From the NCBI GenBank assembly GCA_963813075.1, contig CAWEXU010000004.1, positions 160,001 to 224,000 on the forward strand: 64,000 bases of DNA, read 5' to 3'. The position numbers and the translations under genes were made by a program. A model generated the notes under the pieces. It saw only the letters and a program-made list of their open reading frames with translations. It searched no databases and was not told where the DNA came from. Source of the DNA: Methanotrichaceae archaeon. Lineage in GTDB: Archaea; Halobacteriota; Methanosarcinia; Methanotrichales; Methanotrichaceae. Shown here in pieces: positions 43,638-51,444 of the stretch (position 1 is its first letter; every line of letters starts with the position of its first letter).

Positions 43638-43713
43638 TCACTTCAACATTCTGATTATCACATAATCTCATTATCTCATAATTTTCCAGTTTGAAGAGCA
43701 CAGGTGTCGCGAG

Positions 43714-45532
43714 ATGAATGAGGGAAGCCAGGCTGCTACTCTGATCGGCATTGTAGCCCTGATCGGCCTTGCAGGGCTCTATTTGACCGGAGGCATTCCA
43801 TTCCTGGAGGAGCCCAGCCAGCAGGAGCCCATCCCGGAGGCGAGCTTTGAGCTTGGAGACTTTTATGTAGACAGCTACCGGGCAGACCTTTACCTCAATG
43901 GCACTCTGATTGAGAATTTCAGCTATCAGATAGATGCCTCCGAAAAATACCGGATGCTCTACAGGTTCTGGAAGATGCCGGTTATCCAGGGAAGGATCGA
44001 TCTGCCCTATATTGAGTTGCTAAATGTTGTGCCCACTCCGGGCGCTGTGCCCTATGTCAGGTACAGCAATAATGCGGTCAAAGTGCTATCGGCAAATGAT
44101 AGCAACTACAGAGAGGAGATCGAGTCCCTGGCAGAGCAGAATGAGGCAGGCTCTTTCTACCCTCAGATGTTCCCCGCCGGTCGATATCAGATGGAGTATG
44201 TCTTTCTTATTCATCCCTTCCTGGAGTGCGATCAGGATTACTGTCACTGGAACCTCATGCTGGCGAATGAGCATCTGCCCTACCGGCAGCTTGCCATCCG
44301 CATTCATGATCCGGACGATCTGATTGTACAGCTATTCACCCACCCAAAGATGGAGTCTTACAAAGAGGGAGACATCTGGGTTATCACTGGAGCCAGCCCC
44401 AGGAATGGGCTGATAGAGGTTGAGATGCTCCTTTTGCCCGCTGCGAAAGAGATCATAGACGGCTTTCCCAGAGAGGTATCCAATGTCTATGAAAAGACCC
44501 ACTCCACTCAAAAGAAGGGTTATATGGGCTCAGACCTATTGCCCGTGCTTCGCTCTTTGGTGGCCGCATTCCCATTGCTGCTGATCTTTCTCTATCTGCT
44601 GTTTGGCAGAGAGAGGCGCTATACAGTGCCCGAGATCGCTCAGCACCGTCCCGGCAAAGAGAAAGCCCTGGCTGGTCAATATGGTATTCAAGGATGATCC
44701 CCATGAATTTGAGCCCGATGGATTCTATGCCACACTGCTGGATTTGCATAAGCGCAATATAATCGAGCTGGGCAGGACATCTTTCACCGAGATTCGCCTT
44801 CTTCCCGGCGATTGGAGCGATATGGACCGCTATGAGAGAAAGGTCCTTGATTTTCTGAGAGACAACTCCACAAAGGATGTTTTTTCGGCCCGCGGGCTGG
44901 AGAACAGGATCAATAATCTGACTAAGTCGCATGACTCAAGAAGGCTGGCCGAGTTGAGGGCAGACATGGAAGGGATACTCCATTATAGAGATGATGACGC
45001 CGTTCGAGAGTTCGTCGCCGGAAGGAATCTATTGGCTTTGGGCTTGAACAAGAAAAAGCTGAGTTCGCCATTCATCTGGGCGGCAATCATCCTGATTTTT
45101 GTATTGGCGCAGGATATCGTATCCAATCCAGCAGCCATAGCATTGGTAATCCTTGCCCTGCAGTCAACAGCAGTGGCATTTGCCCCGTCCACTCTGCTCG
45201 GCCAGTGGAAGAAAGACTACTACAAAGAAAAGCTGGAGTGGGATTCATTCCGGACCTTTTTGGGCGACTACGCCATGATCAGAAAGTATTCTGCAGATGA
45301 CCTTAACATGTGGAAGGAATGGCTGATCTACGGCACAGCACTTGGGGTGGGAGATACGGTGGAGAAGGCGATGATGGACCTGAATATTGCCATTCCCGAG
45401 GCGGCTGCCATACATAACATAGGGATCAGCTTTGTCGATGCCCTCACCGCCAGCATGCCAGATTCAAGCGACTCCGGTGGAGGGTTCGGCTTCGGCGGGG
45501 GAGGGGGAGGAGGCGGCGGTGGGATCCGGTAG
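43714..45532 (+). CDS. DUF2207 family membrane protein, paralog 1 (frameshift near 44635)
   Basis: Joined ORFs 43714..44697 and 44603..45532; ATLLDL, WKEWLIYGTALGV, Gly-rich tail. Confidence 0.85.
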
Positions 45533-45605
45533 TGGCCCAATTCATGGCACGGTATCCTTCCTGGATCACGGAATTCAGGCAAAGGCATCGAGGTGGTGAG
45601 GCAGG

Positions 45606-47428
45606 ATGAACGAAGGGAGCCAGGCGGCTATATTGATTGGCATTGTGGCCCTGATCGGCTTTGGCGGGCTCTATATAACCGGAGGTATTCCATTTTTGGA
45701 GGAGCCCTTCCCGGCAGGCTTTTTCCTGGGGGATGTTTACGTAGAAAGCTATCAGGCGGATCTGTACCTCAACGGTACATTGAGCGAAGAGTTCGACTAC
45801 CGGATAAAAAAATCGGGAGCCTACAGGATGCTCTACCGGAACTGGAAGATGCCCCTTTCTGCGGAGCACATGGTTTTGCCTTACATAGAGCCCCTGGAGA
45901 TCCTTCCTACTCCCGGGGCCGTCCCCTATGTCAAGGACAATACTGGAGCTGTGCAGATATTATCGCCCGCGGACAGCCGCTACAAGAGCGAGGTCGCCTC
46001 CCTGGCAGAGAGGAATGAGGCAGGAGGCTACTATCCCCAGCGATTCACTGCCGGGCAGTATCAGATGGAGTACCTTTTCCGCATTCATCCATACCTTGAG
46101 TGTGACCAGGAGTTCTGCCACTGGAACCTTATGCTGGCGGATGAGCATCTGCCCTACCGGCAAATTGAGATACGCATTCATGATCCCGACGATCTGATTG
46201 TAGAGCTCTTCACCCATCCTCAGATGAGAATGCAAAAGGAGGACAAGATGTGGGTCATCACCGGGGGCAGCCCCAAAGATGAGCTGATAGAGGTTGAGAT
46301 GCTTCTTGTGCCCGGAGCGAAGGAAGGCATTGGGGGCTTTCCCAGAGAGGTCTCCGAATGTCTATCAGAAGACCATCTCCGCCCAGGAAGGGGGCTCAAG
46401 CCTATTGCTCGTGCTGCGCTCTTTGGTGGCAGCACTGCCGTTGCTATTGATTCTCATCTACCTGTTAATTGGCCGGGAGAAGAGATTTACCGTGCCCAGG
46501 GCTCTTTCCACCCCGCCCAGCAAGAGACGTCCCTGGCAGGTTAATATGCTCTTCAAGGGGGATGCATTCGACTTCGATCCCGATGGATTCTATGCCACAT
46601 TGCTGGACCTGCATAAGCGGGATATCATCCGGATAGATACATTATCCGGGACCCAGATCATGGTTCTCTCCCCGTCCGCTACCGGATCTCGATGAGTATG
46701 AGAGGAAGGTGATCGAGTTTCTCCGGGACAACTCCCAGGGGAAAGCGTTCTCAGCTTCTGGCTTTGAGGCGAGAGTGAAATCGCTGGCCCAGTCCAACGA
46801 TACCGGCCAGCTGGCCAGGCTGCGCAGTGCCATGGATGAGATACTGCATTATGTCGATGAAGATATGGTTCGCCGTCATGCGGTGGGCAGGAGCATCAGA
46901 GCCCTGGGAATCAGGGTTCAGAGCAGGCAGCTGATCATTCCACTCATCTGGGGAGCTATTTTCATCGTCCCCTTTTTCCTGGGATCGGGCATCCTGGAAA
47001 ATCCAACTGCAATCACGGCCATGATTCTGACTTTGCAGTCGAGCCTGGCCGCATTTGCTCCCTCCACCCTCTTTGGCCGCTGGAAGGAGGATTACTATAA
47101 AGAGAAGCTGGAATGGGATTCTTTCCGGGCCTTTTTGGGAGACTTTGCCATGATCCAGCGGTATTCACCCAGTGACCTGAATATATGGAAGGAGTGGCTT
47201 ATCTACGGCACAGCTCTCGGGGTAGGGGACAAAGTGGAGAGGGCGTTGAGGGATTTGAACATCCCCATCCCCGAGGCGGTGGCCATCCATACCATTCATA
47301 CCAGCTTCGGCCATGCCTACTCCTCCAGCGTGCCCAGCTCCAGCAGCTCGGGAGGATTTGGCGGGGGAAGCGGGGGCGGATTTGGCGGTGGCGGCGGTGG
47401 GGGAGGAGGCGGAGGAGGGGCGAGGTGA
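45606..47428 (+). CDS. DUF2207 family membrane protein, paralog 2 (frameshifts near 46360 and 46685)
   Basis: Joined ORFs 45606..46544, 46294..46695, 46709..47428; collinear with paralog 1. Confidence 0.85.
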
Positions 47429-47754
47429 AGCCCTCCCTTCACTCTTCGCCCGGCGATTTAGGAACTATTATGAGCAGTATCTGCGCATCGAATCCGGTCC
47501 CTTGAGCGGAGGAAGACTCCTGCAGAACTGGCCCGGGCCGGATGAAAACCCATTATTCCCATGGCACTATCACTATCTATTGCCTTTATCAGAGGAGAGG
47601 CAAAAGATTGTCGATATGATTTATTATGAACTTTTCTTAAATAGGTTTAATTGAAAGACCCAGGATACTTATCAAATTGGGTTCAGAGAAAAGGTCGAGC
47701 TTAAATAAGAGAAGATTTCGAGAGCGCATCAATGATGATTCAAGGAGAGTAAAT

Positions 47755-48018
47755 ATGCTCAGCATCGAAAGGACAAACAATAAGGGTGAGGTCGAGGTTG
47801 CGATCTGCCCGCTGTGCAACCTGCAGATAGAATTCGTGGGCGCGCCCATGATCAGATGTTACACCACAGGGGAGACCTATGAGCAAGAGGAGATCGTGTG
47901 GACTCCCAAATCCCGGGTTTCCAAGACCACCGGCTACGATGCAGAGAACATAAGAGGAAATGAGATAGACGACTTTCTTCCCAATGGAGTTGCTGCGGGG
48001 GAGGATAGAGAGGAGTAG
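47755..48018 (+). CDS. Small hypothetical protein with CPLC motif (possible Zn ribbon)
   Basis: AGGAG upstream, ICPLC...RCYTTG, acidic tail, downstream hairpin. Confidence 0.55.
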   Translation: MLSIERTNNKGEVEVAICPLCNLQIEFVGAPMIRCYTTGETYEQEEIVWTPKSRVSKTTGYDAENIRGNEIDDFLPNGVAAGEDREE

Positions 48019-48179
48019 CGTAGCGGCTGAGCGGGCCGATGATTTATACTTTCAAAAGGCAAGCTATTTTATAATTTGATTTATTCTCATATCATTTCCA
48101 TTTCAGCAGCCAGACCCTGCTTGATGCTTCTGGCAAGTGACATAAACTTCTGATTATACCAATAAAAATATAAAATTTA

Positions 48180-48570
48180 GGCAGGAGAATCTCATTGATA
48201 GATTTCCTTGGCAATGATCGCTTCAGCAGCTTTGCAGCGGGCTCCGCGCGCGAAAAGACGCGCGATACGTTCCGGGCGCCCCTCAAGGCCGGGCAGGCTT
48301 GGACAAAACAATGGAGAAAGGTTCAGCTTGAGTCCAAGTGTTGTGGAGATTACCCACAGACTACTGAACTGTTATCGAACAAGCCATACCCAATCCCTTC
48401 TGGCAGTCTTAGTCCCTGTTTTTGTGGAACCTTGCTCTCCTGTGCCCAGTGCCGGGTGAGGCCGTGGAAACGGGCATTCCTCATCTCCAGCCCTCCTGTG
48501 CCCGCTGGCGCACGCATGTGCGGGCGAAGGCGGGTGAAGGTGCAGATTATGCAACTTCATATTGCTGGAA
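48180..48570 (+). ncRNA. Candidate large structured RNA/element, copy 2 (family unknown; ends approximate)
   Basis: Multiple stems incl. CCGT-GGAA-ACGG GNRA hairpin; 23/27 identity core and collinear blocks shared with copy 1. Confidence 0.55.
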
Positions 48571-49563
48571 TTAGTCCGTAAATTCCAGTTCTTCGGCCCT
48601 GGCAAATGCTGCATCGGCCTCTGTAGTGCGACCGAGCGACTGGAGTGTGAAGGCTTTGCCGAACCAGGCGTTAGCATGTTGCGGATTGAGCTCGATGGCA
48701 TTATTGAATGCTTGCAGTGCCCCATCATAGTTACCTTGCAGGCCTAGAGCAACGCCTTTGTTGACCCAAGCATCCGCTAATTTTGGGTCGATCTCGATGG
48801 CCTTATCCAATGTCTGTAGCGCCTCATCATATTTGCCTTGTTGACCTAGAGCAATGCCTTTGTTGCTCCAGGCTGCCGCATATTTAGGATTGATTTCGAT
48901 AGCCTTATTATATAATTGGATGGCCTCATCGTAATTGCCCTCACCATTGAGAGAATTTCCTTTGTTGTACCATGCTACTGACAATTGCGGATCAATCTCG
49001 ATGGCCCTATTGTATGCCTTGATAGCCTCATCATATTTGCCTTGATCATAGAGAACCATGCCTTTGCCGTTCCAGGCATCTCCATAATTTGGATCGATCT
49101 CGATGGCCCTGTTGTATGCCTGAATGGATTCATCGAACTTACCCAGGAAATAGAGTGCATTTCCTTTATTGGACCAGGTCACTGCCGATTGAGGATCAAT
49201 CTCGATTACCTTATCGAATGTCACCAGTGCTTCATCATACTCTCCTAGTTGGCCGAGAGCAGTGCCTTTGTTATTCAATACAACTGACAATTGTGGATCG
49301 ATCTCGATGGCCCTATCGTATGCCTTGATGGCTTCATCGTATTTGCCAAGATTGGTGAGAGCAAGGCCTTTATTGTTCCAGGCTTCTACATATTGTGGAT
49401 TTAGCTCGATTGCTTCATTAAGAGCGTCGATTGATTCGTTGTACTTGTTTTCGAATAAGAGCGCATTCCCTTTCTCGAGCCAATCCTTTGCCGTCGTCTG
49501 CCCAAATGCTGGAGCACTTAGCATTGCCAAAATCATCAATATCTGAACAAGTTTTGCTTTAAT
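48571..49563 (-). CDS. Secreted tetratricopeptide repeat protein
   Basis: About 8 34-aa repeats AWxNKGxAL...YDEAI..YNRAIEIDP; signal peptide; start placed at in-frame ATT 49563 after GGAGG (ORF track starts at 49539). Confidence 0.92.
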   Translation of the reverse strand: MKAKLVQILMILAMLSAPAFGQTTAKDWLEKGNALLFENKYNESIDALNEAIELNPQYVEAWNNKGLALTNLGKYDEAIKAYDRAIEIDPQLSVVLNNKGTALGQLGEYDEALVTFDKVIEIDPQSAVTWSNKGNALYFLGKFDESIQAYNRAIEIDPNYGDAWNGKGMVLYDQGKYDEAIKAYNRAIEIDPQLSVAWYNKGNSLNGEGNYDEAIQLYNKAIEINPKYAAAWSNKGIALGQQGKYDEALQTLDKAIEIDPKLADAWVNKGVALGLQGNYDGALQAFNNAIELNPQHANAWFGKAFTLQSLGRTTEADAAFARAEELEFTD

Positions 49564-49741
49564 AGGGCCTTCCTCCGCATTCGATCATATTAACCTACTT
49601 ATAAAAATAGTTTGCGCAGCGGGAACAGCGCTGGGATGCTGCGGCGCAGGTATTCATCAGATGCTTTGATGCCATGTTTCTCTCGAAGCTCCTGGATTGG
49701 GAGACAAAGGCTATATCTCATCAATGGTAATAAATCTAGCA

Positions 49742-49999
49742 ATGTTTATAGAGTACATCAAAGCGGCAATGGATAAGGCGACTTACGAGATCATAGACGA
49801 CCCGGAGCCCTTTTATGGCGAGATCCCAGAGCTTCAGGGAGTCTGGGCCACAGGAAAGACCCTTGAGGCTTGCCGGGATGAGCTCATGAGCGCTCTTGAG
49901 GATTGGATAGCCTTTCGCCTCAGAACCGGGCGATCGATCCCTCCGATCGGTGGAGCAACAATTGTTGTCTCATCGGAGCCTGTCAGCATTGTCGAATAA
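49742..49999 (+). CDS. hicB: HicB-like antitoxin (UPF0150)
   Basis: YIKAAM..ATYE, FYGEIPELQGVWATGKTLEAC, LEDWI. Confidence 0.88.
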   Translation: MFIEYIKAAMDKATYEIIDDPEPFYGEIPELQGVWATGKTLEACRDELMSALEDWIAFRLRTGRSIPPIGGATIVVSSEPVSIVE

Positions 50000-50177
50000 A
50001 TTGACTCCAGTCTCAAGGCGTGAGCTTATAAAGCGACTGAGCAAGCTGGGATTTGATGGTCCCTACCCAGGCTCCAGGCATGACGTCATGGCCAGGGGAG
50101 AGATATCCATCATCATACCCAATTCCCATCGTGGTGAAGAGATCAGCAAAAACCTGATAGCAAGAAAGCGATCTTGA
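49989..50177 (+). pseudogene. hicA: HicA-family toxin, C-terminally truncated
   Basis: PVSRRELIKRL..LGF..GSRH..IPNSH; ends at LIAR where the antisense tnpB fragment begins. Confidence 0.75.
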
Positions 50178-50574
50178 TATCTCCGATCTTGGATAACCAT
50201 AGTCAGCGAGGCTTCAGGGCAAGAGCTGATCGAGCATAGGTGAAGCTATCGTACTGCCATAGCCCTTGAACCTGGGATATCCGGGTTTCCTCCTGCCTCG
50301 ACTCTTCGGAAGAAGGCTTGATAGGCCAAATCGAACTCTTCGACGACTTCCTGTAGAACCTGAGAATGGACTTCTGTTCAATTCGAGCTTTTCTTCTTTC
50401 CATCCTGGCAAAAGCTTCTGGTATCGTAATAGGAGCAGAAAATTGCCTTCTTGCTCGTAAGCGCTTCCTGATCGGATGGCACTTCGTCATAGGTCGATCT
50501 GCAAAGCTCCAAGGTATCAGCCATCTTGGCTTGAGATTTTGTAGGAAGATCCTATAGCGAAGCACTTTCAGCAA
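50167..50574 (-). pseudogene. tnpB: tnpB N-terminal fragment, multiply frameshifted, RuvC region missing
   Basis: Across frames: RYRI, PGWKEEK, AFFRRV, KPGYPRFKG, YDSFTY, LWLSKIGDIKI. Confidence 0.85.
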
Positions 50575-50575
50575 A

Positions 50576-50975
50576 TCACTTCACCTTTTGCATCTCTACA
50601 TATCGATTGCATTACATCCTTGGTAGCATTCCAAAGTGCCAACATAGTAAGTATGGATTTCAAAGATGGCGATTCCAAAGCTGATCTCGTAGTTCAGGAT
50701 GCGTTGTCAAAGAGCTTCTTTGCCGTAAAGCCTTTGAAGATCTGGCAATGACAACAGGAGAAATAGGTCAGCTGTCATGAAGAGGTGAACATGATCCGGC
50801 AGGATCTCTGATTGATCAATGTAATTCCCTTCCGCTTTGCTATCAATTCATGCACCAATGAAGGTCTTCGGCGATTGAACCAGTAAGAACCTTCCTTCGA
50901 TACTTTGTTGACCATACAAAGTGGTAATACACGTTATGGAGACCTCTTGCGCTTATCCAATGCTCTGCTAGTCAT
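50576..50975 (-). pseudogene. tnpA: IS200-type Y1 transposase tnpA remnant
   Basis: Across frames: YHFVWSTKYRRKVL, HUH motif PDHVHLF, FKGFTAKKLF, HPELRDQLWNRHL then in-frame stop, YYVGT, RYVEMQK. Confidence 0.87.
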
Positions 50976-51067
50976 TCTGAATTACACATATGGTTACCAT
51001 ACGTATATATACCTATCGATAGGCACGGCTGTATCCCGCCTTTGAAAAAGCTGGATTAGCATAGTCT

Positions 51068-51316
51068 CTAAACGACCTCAGCTCCGAGGGGAACAAAGGA
51101 GGCATCCTCTAGGCTCTTTGAGGCAAAGAAAAGACAAGCATAGATGTCATCCTTCGCCAGACCGGGATACTCTTCTAAAATCGCCTCCATACTGATGCCA
51201 TGAGCCAGAAGCCCCAGGATATACTCCACGGTGAGTCTTGTGCCCCTGATGACAGGTTTGCCCACCATTATCTTGGGATTTATGGTTATCCTTTCCAGCA
51301 GCTCTTCGTTGTTCAC
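51068..51316 (-). CDS. DUF433 family antitoxin-like protein
   Basis: RITINPKIMVGKPVIRGTRLTV, ILEEYPGL..DDIYACL. Confidence 0.92.
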   Translation of the reverse strand: MNNEELLERITINPKIMVGKPVIRGTRLTVEYILGLLAHGISMEAILEEYPGLAKDDIYACLFFASKSLEDASFVPLGAEVV

Positions 51317-51444
51317 GATGATGCTATTTGATGCTCTTTTGATAAACGTGAGGACATCCAGAAAAGAGTCTGATCGCTCGCCATAGAACTCAGATCGTCA
51401 GCGAGCATTCAGAGAGGGATAAAAAATTAAGAAATGGAGAAGAA

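Larger units (their letters stand above)
50167..51060 (-). mobile_element. Decayed IS200/IS605-family element (left end + tnpA + 5' part of tnpB)
   Basis: Subterminal imperfect hairpin 51027..51060 (GGCTGTATCC...GGATTAGC), then tnpA and tnpB remnants; no right end seen. Confidence 0.85.

Noticed and set aside
47417..47452. Reverse-strand match to the GGGCGAAG..GTGAAGG block of copy 2
   Set aside because: Explained as one arm of the hairpin at the DUF2207 stop codon; no other element blocks nearby
48232..48298. TTGCAGCGGG...CCCCTCAA pairing with two extrahelical bases, similar to integron attC L boxes
   Set aside because: Required RYYYAAC and GTTRRRY boxes are absent in both copies, homology extends far beyond an attC, and there is no integrase in the window; a degenerate origin cannot be fully excluded
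48320..48415. CACAGACTA...TAGTCC and GGTTCAG/CTGAACT, reminiscent of group I intron P7/P3
   Set aside because: No proper P4-P6 or J8/7 consensus, not inside a host gene, and not conserved in copy 1
48571..49539. Roughly 102-bp periodic repeats that could mimic a CRISPR or repeat array
   Set aside because: They are the coding TPR units; no CRISPR array or cas gene is seen anywhere in the window
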